This document shows, piece after piece, positions 38,598 through 50,382 of a stretch of DNA of 64,000 nt (position 1 is the stretch's first letter; the number at the start of each line of letters is the position of its first letter). The notes beneath the pieces were generated by a model, which was not told the origin of the DNA, did not search any database, and was given only the letters and a program-made list of their open reading frames with translations. The stretch is from an uncultured Candidatus Rokubacteria bacterium (GTDB lineage Bacteria > Methylomirabilota > Methylomirabilia > Rokubacteriales > CSP1-6): the NCBI GenBank assembly GCA_963771355.1, contig CAVYTA010000004.1, positions 248,252 to 312,251 of the forward strand, in the 5' to 3' direction. The translations under genes and the position numbers were made by a program.

Positions 38598-39248
38598 ATG
38601 AGCACCCCGACGCAGGACACGGCGGCTTCGCCGGAAGGGGGCGCGCGGGTGGGCGCGGGACGCGTCGACCCGGAAGCGGCCCTCGTCGCGAAGCTCCGCC
38701 GGGAGGAGCCGGACGCGCCCGAGCAGCTGGTGGCCACCTTCGGCGACCGCGTGTACCGGCTGGCCATCCGCATCACCGGCAACGAGCAGGACGCCGAGGA
38801 AGTGACGCAGGATGCGCTCTGGACGGCGGCGCGGAAGATTCACACCTTCAAGGGCGAGTCCGCCTTCGGGTCGTGGCTCTACCGCATCACCGCCAACACC
38901 GCCTATCAGAAGCTGCGGGGGCGCCAGAGCAAGAAGAACGAGGTCTCGTGGGAGGCGCTGTTCCCCTCCTTCGACGAGCTGGGCAATCACCTCGATCCGG
39001 GCAGCGACTGGTCGGCCAAGGCCGAGGAGCCCGCGCTGCAGAAGGAGCTCCGGGAGGTGCTGTCCGCGGCCATCGGCGACCTCCCGGACGACTACCGGAC
39101 CGCGTTCCTGATGCATGACGTCGAGGGCCTCTCGAACCCCGAGATCGCCGAGAGCCTGGGCATCAGCCTGCCCGCGGTCAAGTCGCGGGTGCACCGGTCG
39201 CGGCTCTTCCTGCGGCAGCGGCTTTCGGGCTATCTCAACGCGGCCTGA
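38598..39248 (+). CDS. ECF RNA polymerase sigma factor
   Basis: DAEEVTQD, SWLYRI..N, EIAESLGIS..AVKSRVHR.R. Confidence 0.92.
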   Translation: MSTPTQDTAASPEGGARVGAGRVDPEAALVAKLRREEPDAPEQLVATFGDRVYRLAIRITGNEQDAEEVTQDALWTAARKIHTFKGESAFGSWLYRITANTAYQKLRGRQSKKNEVSWEALFPSFDELGNHLDPGSDWSAKAEEPALQKELREVLSAAIGDLPDDYRTAFLMHDVEGLSNPEIAESLGISLPAVKSRVHRSRLFLRQRLSGYLNAA

Positions 39249-39342
39249 CCGCCGGCGGCGGGGGCCGATCCTTGACTTGGAGCGGGGGCGTGTGGTCTTA
39301 TTACCCTTCGCGGTGAATCTTTTCGAGTGAGGTCGTGAAGTC

Positions 39343-39654
39343 ATGGAAGCGGTGATCGCGACGGGCGGCAAGCAGTACCGGGTGGCTCCGGGGCAGGTCA
39401 TCAAGGTGGAGCGTCTGGCCAAGGACAAGGGCACCGCGGTGGAGTTCACGCAGGTCCTCCTCGTCAACCAGGATGGCCAGGTCACCGTGGAGCCCAAGGC
39501 ACTCAAGTCGGCGAAGGTCACCGGCGAGGTCGTGGTCGAGAAGCAGGAGCGCAAGGTCCTCGTGGTGAAGTTCAAGCGGCGGAAGAACTATCGTCGGCAT
39601 CGCGGACACCGCCAGATCCTGACGGCGGTCCGCATCACCAAGATCGAGGTGTAG
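39343..39654 (+). CDS. rplU: 50S ribosomal protein L21
   Basis: [14 protein letters not shown]...GHRQ. Confidence 0.97.
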   Translation: MEAVIATGGKQYRVAPGQVIKVERLAKDKGTAVEFTQVLLVNQDGQVTVEPKALKSAKVTGEVVVEKQERKVLVVKFKRRKNYRRHRGHRQILTAVRITKIEV

Positions 39655-39659
39655 GGGCA

Positions 39660-39917
39660 ATGGCGCACAAGAAGGGCGTCGGCAGCTCGCGGAACGGACG
39701 CGACTCCAATCCCCAGATGCTGGGGGTGAAGCGTTTCGGGGGCCAGTTCGTCACCGCGGGGAGCATCCTCGTCCGTCAGCGCGGCACCCGGTTCCATCCG
39801 GGCGCCAATGTCGGTCTCGGCGTGGATCACACGCTCTTCGCCAAGAGCGACGGGTACGTCCGCTTCGAGCGCAAGGGCGACCACAAGTACGTCAGCATCG
39901 CCCAGCAGCCCGCCTGA
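39660..39917 (+). CDS. rpmA: 50S ribosomal protein L27
   Basis: [15 protein letters not shown]. Confidence 0.98.
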   Translation: MAHKKGVGSSRNGRDSNPQMLGVKRFGGQFVTAGSILVRQRGTRFHPGANVGLGVDHTLFAKSDGYVRFERKGDHKYVSIAQQPA

Positions 39918-39944
39918 TTTCCCCCGGGATGACCGGGGCCCGCC

Positions 39945-40964
39945 ATGTTCGTCGATGAAGTCAGCGTATTCGTCAAGGGGGGCGACGGCGGCGCGGGCTG
40001 CATAAGCTTCCGGCGCGAGAAGTTCGTCCCCCGCGGCGGGCCCGACGGCGGCGACGGGGGCGACGGCGGCCACGTGGTACTCCAGGCCGATCCCGGGATC
40101 ACCACCCTGCTGGACTTCCACTACCGGCGTCACTACAACGCCGAGCGGGGGCATCACGGCAAGGGGGCCAACCGCCACGGCAAGAGCGGCGGCGACACCG
40201 TGCTCCGCGTGCCGCTCGGCACCACGGTCTACGAGCGTGACTCGGGAGAGCTCCTGGGCGACCTCACCACGCCCGGCCAGACCTTCACCGTCGCCCACGG
40301 CGCGCGCGGCGGGCGCGGCAACGCGCGCTTCGTCTCCTCCACCAACCGTGCCCCCCGCCGCGCGGATCTCGGGCGCCCGGGACAGGAGCGCTGGATCCGC
40401 CTGGAGCTCAAGCTCCTCGCCGACGTGGGCGTGATCGGCTTCCCCAACGCGGGCAAGTCCACCCTGGTCTCGCGCCTTTCCGCGGCCAAGCCCAAGATCG
40501 CGGACTATCCCTTCACCACGCTGGTGCCCTCGCTGGGGATCGTGCGGGTGGACGAGGGCGAGTCGTTCGTGATCGCCGACCTCCCGGGGCTCATCGAAGG
40601 CGCGGCGGAGGGCAAGGGCCTCGGGCTGCGCTTCCTGCGCCACACCGAGCGTACCCGCCTGCTCGTGCACCTGGTGGACCTCGATCCGAGCCAGGAGCGG
40701 GATCCGGTGGAGGACTGGAACGTCATCCAGCGGGAGCTGGCCGCGTATTCCGAGGAGCTTGCCGCCCGGCCGCAGATCGTCCTGGGGAGCAAGGCCGATC
40801 TGCCCGGCACCGACGCCCGGCGCAAGAAGCTGGAGCGCTTCTGTGCCGCGCGGCAGCTGCCCTTCCGGGCCATCTCCTCGGTGACGGGGAAGGGCCTCAC
40901 CGAGCTCGTGGGCGAGGTCGGCGCGCGGCTCCGAGCAGAGCGATGGGCGGCCGTCGAGCGCTGA
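39945..40964 (+). CDS. obgE: GTPase Obg
   Basis: FRREKFVP.GGPDGGDGG, G.PNAGKST, DYPFTT, DLPG. Confidence 0.97.
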   Translation: MFVDEVSVFVKGGDGGAGCISFRREKFVPRGGPDGGDGGDGGHVVLQADPGITTLLDFHYRRHYNAERGHHGKGANRHGKSGGDTVLRVPLGTTVYERDSGELLGDLTTPGQTFTVAHGARGGRGNARFVSSTNRAPRRADLGRPGQERWIRLELKLLADVGVIGFPNAGKSTLVSRLSAAKPKIADYPFTTLVPSLGIVRVDEGESFVIADLPGLIEGAAEGKGLGLRFLRHTERTRLLVHLVDLDPSQERDPVEDWNVIQRELAAYSEELAARPQIVLGSKADLPGTDARRKKLERFCAARQLPFRAISSVTGKGLTELVGEVGARLRAERWAAVER

Positions 40965-42067
40965 GCCGGGTCAAGCGCCTCGTGGTGAAGGTGGGGAGCG
41001 GCCTGATCACCGCCCCCGGCCAGGGCCCCGACTCCAAGCGTATCGGCGCGCTCGCCGCCGATCTCGCCGCCGTGATCGCCGACCGCCGCGAGGTGGCGCT
41101 GGTCAGCTCAGGCGCCATCGTGACGGGCATGGCGCGGCTGGGGCTCGAGGCGCGGCCGCGCTCCATCCCGGAGAAACAGGCGGCGGCGGCGGTGGGGCAG
41201 TCCGCCCTCATGTGGCACTACGAGCAGGCGTTCAAGAAGCACGGGCTCATGGTGGGCCAGGTGCTCCTCACCGGCCAGGACATCAGCGACCGTGGTCGCT
41301 ACCTCAATGCCCGCAACACGCTGCTCGCCCTGCTCGACTTCGACGTGGTGCCGGTGATCAACGAGAACGATACCGTGGCGGTGGACGAGATCAAGGTCGG
41401 CGACAACGACAATCTCGCCGCGCTGGTCGCCCACCTCATCGACGCGGACCTGCTCGTCCTCCTCACCGACGTGGACGGGCTGTACACCGGCGATCCGCGC
41501 CGCGATCCCTCCGCCCGGCGCGTGGACACCGTGGCCGCGATCACCGGGGACATCCAGCGGCTCGTCTACGACGGGGCGGGCGGGGTGTCGGTGGGCGGCA
41601 TGAGCACCAAGCTCGAGGCGGCCCAGAAGGCGGGCGCCTCCGGCATCCCCATGATCATCGCCAGCGGCCGCGAGCCCTCGGTGGTGACGCGGCTGCTCAA
41701 GGGCGAGGACCTCGGCACCTATTTCCAGCCGCGCGACGACCGGCTCGCCGCCCGCAAGCGCTGGATCGCTTTCGCGGTGCGGCCCCAGGGCCGCCTCACG
41801 GTTGACGCGGGCGCCAAGAAGGCCTTAACTGAGAGGGGCAAGAGCCTGCTGCCGTCCGGCCTCGTCGAGGTGGCGGGCGATTTCCAGGCGGGCGAGGTGG
41901 TGGCGCTCATGGAGGCGGAGGGCGGGGAGTTCGCGCGAGGGCTCGTCAACTACGACGCGGTCGAGCTGCGGAAGATCCGCGGCGCCAAGACCGCGGACAT
42001 CGAGCGCGCGCTGGGCTACAAGGGATTCGGCGAGGTCATCCACCGGGACAACCTGGTGGTGCTCTAG
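40943..42067 (+). CDS. proB: Glutamate 5-kinase
   Basis: VVKVGS, VSSGA, INEND, GDND, PUA domain. Confidence 0.96.
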   Translation: MGGRRALSRVKRLVVKVGSGLITAPGQGPDSKRIGALAADLAAVIADRREVALVSSGAIVTGMARLGLEARPRSIPEKQAAAAVGQSALMWHYEQAFKKHGLMVGQVLLTGQDISDRGRYLNARNTLLALLDFDVVPVINENDTVAVDEIKVGDNDNLAALVAHLIDADLLVLLTDVDGLYTGDPRRDPSARRVDTVAAITGDIQRLVYDGAGGVSVGGMSTKLEAAQKAGASGIPMIIASGREPSVVTRLLKGEDLGTYFQPRDDRLAARKRWIAFAVRPQGRLTVDAGAKKALTERGKSLLPSGLVEVAGDFQAGEVVALMEAEGGEFARGLVNYDAVELRKIRGAKTADIERALGYKGFGEVIHRDNLVVL

Positions 42068-42083
42068 TCGGGACAGGAGCGGC

Positions 42084-43346
42084 ATGACGACGGACGTGGC
42101 GACCGAGGTGGCGGCGAAGGCCCGCGCGGCCAAGGAAGCATCCCGTGCGCTGGGGCTGGCGACGACACGGGTGAAGAACGACGCGCTCACCCTGATGGCG
42201 CGCGCGCTCGAAGAGAAGGCGGGCACCATCGTCGAGGCCAACCGCGCGGATCTCGACCGCGCCCGCGCCAAGGGATACCCGCGGGCCTTCGTGGACCGGC
42301 TCACCCTCACCGACTCGCGCATCGAGGAGATGGCGGCGGGCGTGCGTCAGGTGGCGGCCCTGCCCGACCCGGTGGGCGAGACGGTGGAGGTGTGGCGGCG
42401 CCCCAATGGGGTGGAGATCTCCCGCGTGCGCGTGCCGCTGGGCGTGATCGGGTTCATCTACGAGTCGCGCCCCAACGTCACCGCCGACGCCGCCGCGCTC
42501 TGCCTGAAGTCCGGAAACGCGGTCCTGCTCCGGGGGGGCAGCGAGGCGCTCGAGTCCAATACCATCATCGCCCAGCTCCTCGCCAAGGCGGCGGAGAAGA
42601 CCGGGCTGCCCGCCGAGTCCATCCAGTACGTGGACACCCCGGACCGCGCGGCGGTGATGGCCATGCTCACCCTCGACCGCTACCTCGACCTGATCATCCC
42701 GCGGGGCGGCGAGGAGTTCGTCCGGCTGGTCAACGAGCGGGCCACCGTGCCCGTGCTCAAGCACGACAAGGGACTCTGCCACGTCTACGTGGACGAGGGC
42801 GCGGACCTCGACATGGCGGTGGCCATCGCGGTGAACGCCAAGGCGCAGCGGGTCAGCGTGTGCAACGCGATGGAGACCCTCCTCGTGCACGCCGCGGTGG
42901 CGCCCCGCTTCCTGCCCCTGGTGGCCGCCCGCCTCGCCGAGGCCGGGGTGGAGCTGCGCGGCGACGAGCGCACGCGGGCCCTGGTGCCCGCCGCCCGGCC
43001 CGCCGAGCCGGCGGACTGGGACACCGAGTACCTCGACGCGATCCTCGCGGTGCGCGTGGTGGACGGCTTCGACGACGCGGTGGCCCACATCCGCCGCCAC
43101 GGCTCGGGGCTCGCCGAGGCCATCGTCACCGCCGACCTGCGGCGCGCGCGCCGCTTCACGCACGAGGTGGACGCCGCCGCCGTGCTCGTCAACGTCTCCA
43201 CGCGCCTCGTGGACGGCAGCCAGTTCGGCATGGGCGCGGAGATGGGGATCTCCACCTCCAAGCTCCACGCGCGGGGCCCGGTGGGGGTGCGCGAGCTCAC
43301 CACCACGAAGTTCGTCGTGATCGGCGACGGGCAGATCCGGGAGTAA
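42084..43346 (+). CDS. proA: Gamma-glutamyl phosphate reductase
   Basis: YESRPNVT, VCNAMETLL, G.GAEMGISTSKLHARGP. Confidence 0.97.
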   Translation: MTTDVATEVAAKARAAKEASRALGLATTRVKNDALTLMARALEEKAGTIVEANRADLDRARAKGYPRAFVDRLTLTDSRIEEMAAGVRQVAALPDPVGETVEVWRRPNGVEISRVRVPLGVIGFIYESRPNVTADAAALCLKSGNAVLLRGGSEALESNTIIAQLLAKAAEKTGLPAESIQYVDTPDRAAVMAMLTLDRYLDLIIPRGGEEFVRLVNERATVPVLKHDKGLCHVYVDEGADLDMAVAIAVNAKAQRVSVCNAMETLLVHAAVAPRFLPLVAARLAEAGVELRGDERTRALVPAARPAEPADWDTEYLDAILAVRVVDGFDDAVAHIRRHGSGLAEAIVTADLRRARRFTHEVDAAAVLVNVSTRLVDGSQFGMGAEMGISTSKLHARGPVGVRELTTTKFVVIGDGQIRE

Positions 43347-43350
43347 CCCG

Positions 43351-43987
43351 CTGCCCGCGCGCATCGGCGTGTTTGGTGGTTCTTTCAATCCCATCCACTT
43401 CGGACATCTGCTCGTCGCCGACGATATCGCGGAGACGCTGGGGCTGGACCGTGTCCTCTTCGTGCCCGCGGCGGTGCCCCCGCACAAGCCGGTCTCCGAG
43501 CTCGCGCCCGCCGTCCACCGCTTCGCGATGACGCGGCTGGCGGTGGCGGAGCACCCGCGCTTCGAAGTCTCCGACGTCGAGCTGCGCCGGAGCGGGCCCT
43601 CCTACACGGTGGACACGCTGGAGGCGCTGCGGCCGCGCGGCGACCTGCACCTCATCATCGGCTCGGAGACCTTCCTCGACCTCCTCTCGTGGCACGAGCC
43701 GCGGCGGCTCCCCGGCCTCGCGCGCCTGGTGGTGGTGCCGCGAAGCGGTAACGCCTTCGATCCCACGGCGCCGGCGGCCCAGAAGGTTCTCACCGAGCTC
43801 GCGCTCGGACCGTTCACGCGGACCGGGGGAAGACGGGCGCGCGGTGCTGACGGAGGCGGCCTCGCTGCCCATCTCGGGCTCGGACCTGCGCAAGCGCGCG
43901 CGGACCGGGCGGAGCCTGGCCTATCGCATGCCGGCCGCCGTGGTCGCCTACATCCGCGAGCACGGGCTGTACCGGGACGCAGGCTGA
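43351..43987 (+). CDS. nadD: Nicotinate-nucleotide adenylyltransferase (frameshift at G5 run 43825-43829)
   Basis: GGSFNPIHFGH and PPHK; the C-terminus ISGSDLR...YIREHGLY is in another frame ending at TGA 43987; start probably CTG 43351. Confidence 0.9.
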
Positions 43988-44337
43988 TGGCGCGCTCGGC
44001 GGAAGCCGTCGTGCGCCTGGCCGCCACCGCGGCGCTGGACAAGAAGGCGGGCGACCTCGTGGTGCTCGACCTGCAGGGCCTCTCGTCGCTCGCCGATTTC
44101 TTCCTCGTCTGCAATGGGCGCTCCACCGCGCAGATGGACACCATCATCGAGGCGGTGCAGGGGGCGCTCCGCGCGGAGGGGATCCGCGTGCGGCACCGGG
44201 AGGGCACCGCGGAGAGCGGCTGGCTCCTCCTGGACTACGGCGACGTGGTCATCCACGTGTTCAACGAGGAGACGCGCGCGTTCTACGGGCTGGCGCGGCT
44301 GTGGGGCGACGCGCCGCTGCTCTCCGTCGAGCGCTGA
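43987..44337 (+). CDS. rsfS: Ribosome silencing factor
   Basis: DKKA, WLLLDYGDVVIHVF...R.FY.L..LW. Confidence 0.95.
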   Translation: MARSAEAVVRLAATAALDKKAGDLVVLDLQGLSSLADFFLVCNGRSTAQMDTIIEAVQGALRAEGIRVRHREGTAESGWLLLDYGDVVIHVFNEETRAFYGLARLWGDAPLLSVER

Positions 44338-44447
44338 CCGGGTCCGAGGGATTGAAATTGCCTGGGGGCCATGGTAGCCTCCGCGACTACCGCGTGCCGT
44401 CGCGCGGCGTTCAAGCCAGCGAGAAGAGAGGCAAGAAGGAGGTCGCG

Positions 44448-44813
44448 ATGAGGAAGGAGCGTCTGGCCCACTTCCGGAAGAAGCTGGAGGAGAAGCATCG
44501 CCAGCTGGTGGACGAGGTCGGTAAGAACGTCCAGTACGGGAAGGGCCCCGAAGACGACTCGATCAAGGACCTGGGCGACCAGGCCTCGAGTGCGTACAAC
44601 CGAGAATTCCTGTTCGGGCTGGGCAACGGAGAGCGCCGGCAGCTGAAGGACGTCGCTTCCGCGCTCCAGAAGCTCGACGACGGCAGCTTCGGCGCCTGCG
44701 AGCGCTGTGGCGAGACCATCGGCGAGAAGCGGCTCGAAGCCCTGCCGTTCGCGCGCTACTGCATCGACTGCCAGCGCGCCGTCGAAGAAGAAGAGCGGAC
44801 GGCCGCCGGCTAG
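44448..44813 (+). CDS. dksA: DksA/TraR C4 zinc-finger protein
   Basis: DxxDxA (DLGDQA), CERC...RLEALP...CIDC. Confidence 0.85.
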   Translation: MRKERLAHFRKKLEEKHRQLVDEVGKNVQYGKGPEDDSIKDLGDQASSAYNREFLFGLGNGERRQLKDVASALQKLDDGSFGACERCGETIGEKRLEALPFARYCIDCQRAVEEEERTAAG

Positions 44814-44837
44814 CGCCTCCGCCGCTCGACCGTCCCC

Positions 44838-46124
44838 GTGCCGATCCGGCTCGCCCTCGTCGTCCTTCTCGTCGCCGGCGGCGCCGTCGCCTACCTCGCC
44901 TCCCGCGGTCCCAGCCGCGTTCCCATCCCGCTGGGACCGGGTCTCTCGTGGGAGCCGCCCCTCTGGATCCTCGCCGCGGGCGCCTTTGCGGCCGGTGCCG
45001 TGCTCGCCATCGCGCTCGGCCTGCTCCGCGCCCGCTCCGGTGCCGCTCGCGACGCGGCAGTGTCCGGGGGCGGGGCAGCCTCCGCGTTGTCCGCCGAGCT
45101 CTACCGTTTGGGTGAGGACGCGGCGGTGGCGGGCCGGCTGACCCCGGCGGTGGCCGCTTTCGAGGCGCTGCTGCGCGGCGAGCCCGGCCATGCCGCCGCG
45201 CACGCGCGGCTCGGCGAGCTGGCCCGCGCCCGGGGCGACGACGCCACCGCGCTCCGCCACTTCCTCCAGGCCATGCGGGTGGACGAGCGCCCCGAGATCA
45301 TGCTGGCCGCCGCCGACGCCTACGGGCGGGTGGGCCGCCTCGACGACGCAGTGGCGCTCTATACCGAGGTGATCGCGCGGGCTCCCGGCCATCTCACCGG
45401 GCTCCGCGGCCTGCGCGACCTCACCGCCGCCGCCGGCCGGTGGGCCGACGCCGTCGCCGCGCAGGAGCGGCTGGTGGCGGGCGCGGAGCCGCGGGAGCGC
45501 GCGAGCGAGCAGGTGGAGCTGGCCGGGCTGCACTACGAGCGGGGCCGCGCGCGCGCCGCCGCGGGGGACCCGGACGGCGCCATCTCCGCATTTCGCGACG
45601 CCCTCCGCGTGCAGCCGGAGTTCATCCCCGCTGCCGTCGCGCTCGGCGACGCCCATCTCGCCACCGGGGACGCCGCCCAGGCGGTGAAGGTGTGGGAGCG
45701 CGCGGCCGAGGCCCAGCCCGCCCTGCCGCTCCTGTCCCGCATCGAGCGGCAGTGGAGGGAGGAAGGCCGGCCCACGCGCATGATCGCGCTGTACCAGGCG
45801 GCGGTGGCGCGCGCACCCGACAATCTCGCGGTGGCGCTCGCGCTGGGCCGCGTGTACTTCGACCTGCACATGCTGGACGAGGCCGCCGAGCAGCTGGAGA
45901 AGATCGAGGTGCGCATGCCCGACCTCCCCGTCATCCATGCCTATCTGGGGGCGGTGTTCGAGCGGCGGGGGCAGGTCCGCGAAGCGCTCGAGGAGTACCG
46001 CCGGGCGCTCCGCGCCCTGTCGAGCTTCGAGTGGCCCCACCGGTGCGCGGCGTGCGGGGCCGAGCACGCCGGCTGGGCCGATCGGTGTCCGTCATGTCGT
46101 CGCTGGAACAGCCTCCGGCCCTAG
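44838..46124 (+). CDS. TPR protein with C-terminal rubredoxin-like knuckle (LapB-like)
   Basis: N-terminal TM segments, TPR repeats, CAACG...CPSCRRW. Confidence 0.8.
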   Translation: MPIRLALVVLLVAGGAVAYLASRGPSRVPIPLGPGLSWEPPLWILAAGAFAAGAVLAIALGLLRARSGAARDAAVSGGGAASALSAELYRLGEDAAVAGRLTPAVAAFEALLRGEPGHAAAHARLGELARARGDDATALRHFLQAMRVDERPEIMLAAADAYGRVGRLDDAVALYTEVIARAPGHLTGLRGLRDLTAAAGRWADAVAAQERLVAGAEPRERASEQVELAGLHYERGRARAAAGDPDGAISAFRDALRVQPEFIPAAVALGDAHLATGDAAQAVKVWERAAEAQPALPLLSRIERQWREEGRPTRMIALYQAAVARAPDNLAVALALGRVYFDLHMLDEAAEQLEKIEVRMPDLPVIHAYLGAVFERRGQVREALEEYRRALRALSSFEWPHRCAACGAEHAGWADRCPSCRRWNSLRP

Positions 46125-46900
46125 CGCCGCCACGCCCGTCGCCTCCGGGGTGGCGGCAGTGGCTCACCGCCGCCGTCGATCTCGTCTTCCCGCCCTTCTG
46201 CCCCATCTGCGCCGAGCGGCTCGGGCCCGCCCGCCGCGACCCCCTCTGCGGCCGATGCTGGGAGGGTCTCGAGCGGATCACGGCTCCCGGCTGCGCCCGG
46301 TGCGGGCTGCCGTTCGGCGAGTTCGCCGGCGACGCGCGTCCGGCCGGCGGAGCGGACCGAAGCGGCGGCACCTGCGGCGCGTGCCGTCGCCACCCGCCCG
46401 CCTTCGCGTATGCGCGGGCGGCCGCCCACTACGGCGATCACGCCCGGGAGGCGCTGCACGCCTTCAAGTTCGGCGGGCGGCGGGCGCTCGCGGCGCCGCT
46501 GGGCGATCTCCTCGCCGAGCTCGGCCCCGCGCTGCCCCTGGAGGCGGTGGACGTGATCGTGCCCGTGCCACTCCACCCGCGGCGCGAACGGGAGCGGGGC
46601 TTCAACCAGTCCTGGCTCCTCGCCCGCCGGGTGGCGGCTGCCTGGCGGGTCACGGCCCGTGCCGACGTGCTCACCCGGCGGGTCGCCACGGCCCCCCAGA
46701 CCGCGCTCGGCGCCGACGCCCGCCGGATCAATGTTGGCGGCGCTTTCCGAGTGAGGCGCCCGGAGCTCGTGGCCGGCCGTCACGTCGTGCTGGTCGACGA
46801 CATCATGACTACCGGGGCCACCGCCGGGGCCTGCGCCCGGGCGCTGCGCGACGCCGGCGCGGCCATCGTGGGCGTGGTCACGGTGGCCCGCGCGGGGTAA
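46094..46900 (+). CDS. comF: ComF family protein
   Basis: CxxC zinc ribbons, VPVPLH..R..ERGFNQS, LVDDIMTTGAT; start uncertain. Confidence 0.9.
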   Translation: MSSLEQPPALAPPRPSPPGWRQWLTAAVDLVFPPFCPICAERLGPARRDPLCGRCWEGLERITAPGCARCGLPFGEFAGDARPAGGADRSGGTCGACRRHPPAFAYARAAAHYGDHAREALHAFKFGGRRALAAPLGDLLAELGPALPLEAVDVIVPVPLHPRRERERGFNQSWLLARRVAAAWRVTARADVLTRRVATAPQTALGADARRINVGGAFRVRRPELVAGRHVVLVDDIMTTGATAGACARALRDAGAAIVGVVTVARAG

Positions 46901-46911
46901 CGGGCCTCTGC

Positions 46912-46941
46912 TTGCTTCGCCGCCGCCCCGGCCGCTATAAT
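46912..46941 (+). promoter_or_regulatory. Sigma70 promoter of the gap operon
   Basis: TTGCTT-18bp-TATAAT. Confidence 0.6.
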
Positions 46942-47000
46942 GCAACCCCGGTGAAGCACCGGAAGTATTGGTCATTACTCGTGTAATTCACGCTGACTGA

Positions 47001-48026
<1,026 letters not shown>

Positions 48027-48032
48027 GCCGGA

Positions 48033-49249
48033 TTGGCCAAGCTCAGTCTCGGGCAGGTGGATCTCGGAGGAAAGCACGTCTTTCTTCGGGTGGACTTCAA
48101 TGTCCCGCTGAAGAACGGGCAGGTGGGCGATGACACCCGGATCACCGCTGCCCTCCCCACCGTCCGGCACTGTCTCGACGCGGGCGCGGCGGTGCTGATC
48201 GCCTCCCATCTCGGCCGTCCCAAGGGCAAGCCCGATCCGGCATTCTCGCTGGCGCCGGTGGCCGCCCACCTCGCCGGGCTGCTCGGGCGCCCGGTACCGC
48301 TGGCCCCGGACTGCGTGGGCCCGGAGGTGGAGGCGATGGCCAAGGCGCTCGGGCCCGGCGAGGTCCTGCTGCTCGAGAATCTCCGCTTCCATCCCGAGGA
48401 GGAAGCCAACGACGACGCCTTCGCGCGCGGGCTCGCCGCGCTGGCCGACATCTACGTGAACGACGCCTTCGCCGCCGCGCACCGGGCGCATGCGTCCATC
48501 GAGGCCATCACGCGTTATCTCAAGCCCGCTGTCGCCGGCCTCCTCATGAGCCGCGAGCTGGAGGCGCTGGCGCGGATCTTCGAGCGGCCCCAGCGGCCCG
48601 TGCAGGCGGTGCTGGGCGGGGCCAAGGTCTCCGACAAGCTGACCCTGGTCGAGCATCTGCTGGATCGCGTGGACGGTGTCCTCATCGGAGGCGGCATGGC
48701 CTTCACCTTCCTGGTCGCCCTCGGCCACGGCGTGGGGCGCTCCCTTCTCGAGCCCGACCGCGTGGAGGCGGCGCGCGCCATCATGGACCGCGCGCGGGCC
48801 CGCGGCGTCACGATCCGGCTTCCCGTGGACGTCGTGGTGGCGGCGGGCCTCGACAGCACGGAGGGCATCCGCACCGTGCCGGTACGCGAGATCCCCGTCG
48901 ACCTCATGGGCCTGGACATCGGCCCGGCGACGGTGCACCAGTTCGCGACCGCCCTCAAGGGCGCCGGCACCGTGGTGTGGAACGGGCCCATGGGCGTCTT
49001 CGAGAAGGCGCCGTTCGCCGCCGGCACCATGGGGGTGGGTCGGGCGGTGGCCGACTGCGGCGGCTTCTCGGTCATCGGGGGCGGTGACACCATCGCCGCC
49101 GTGCAGGCGGCGGGCGTGGCCGACCGGATCGGCTACATCTCGACCGCCGGCGGCGCCTTCCTCGAGTTCCTCGAGGGCCGTGAGCTGCCCGGGGTGGCCG
49201 CCCTCACCGACGCGCCCCGCGAGGGGACCGCCCGCGAGGGGACAGCCTG

Positions 49250-49250
<1 letters not shown>
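48033..49250 (+). CDS. pgk: Phosphoglycerate kinase
   Basis: RVDFNVP, LENLRF, GGAKVSDK, WNGPMGVFE. Confidence 0.98.
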
Positions 49251-50029
<779 letters not shown>

Positions 50030-50036
50030 CGTCGCC

Positions 50037-50381
50037 GTGCTCTACCTCGTCGTGACCATCCACGTGCTGGTCTGCTTGCTGATCATCGCCGTGGTCCTGC
50101 TCCAGGCCGGCAAGGGCGCCGACATCGGGTCCGCGTTCGGCGGCTCGGGCAGCCAGGCGGTGTTCGGCTCCATGGGCACGCCGACCTTGCTGGGCAAGGT
50201 CACCGCCGGCGTGGCGATCGCCTTCATGATCACGTCGTTCTGGCTGGCCTCCCACGGCGGCAAGCGGGGGACGACGATCATGCCGGCCACCGAGTCGGGC
50301 GTGCCCGCGGCGCCGTCGGCTCCCGCTCCGGCGGCGGCGCCCCCTCCCGCGCCCGCTCCGGCCCCCGCCGGTCAGAAGTAG
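50037..50381 (+). CDS. secG: Preprotein translocase subunit SecG
   Basis: VLLQAGKGAD.G.AFGG; follows tpiA. Confidence 0.95.
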   Translation: MLYLVVTIHVLVCLLIIAVVLLQAGKGADIGSAFGGSGSQAVFGSMGTPTLLGKVTAGVAIAFMITSFWLASHGGKRGTTIMPATESGVPAAPSAPAPAAAPPPAPAPAPAGQK

Positions 50382-50382
50382 C

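Noticed and set aside
43369..44337. NadD-RsfS fusion protein
   Set aside because: It is an artefact of the G-run frameshift; the true NadD C-terminus and stop are present in another frame, and rsfS has its own ATG.
49216..49245. 15-bp tandem duplication at the pgk 3' end (REGTA x2)
   Set aside because: It is a short slippage duplication in a non-conserved tail with no sign of function.
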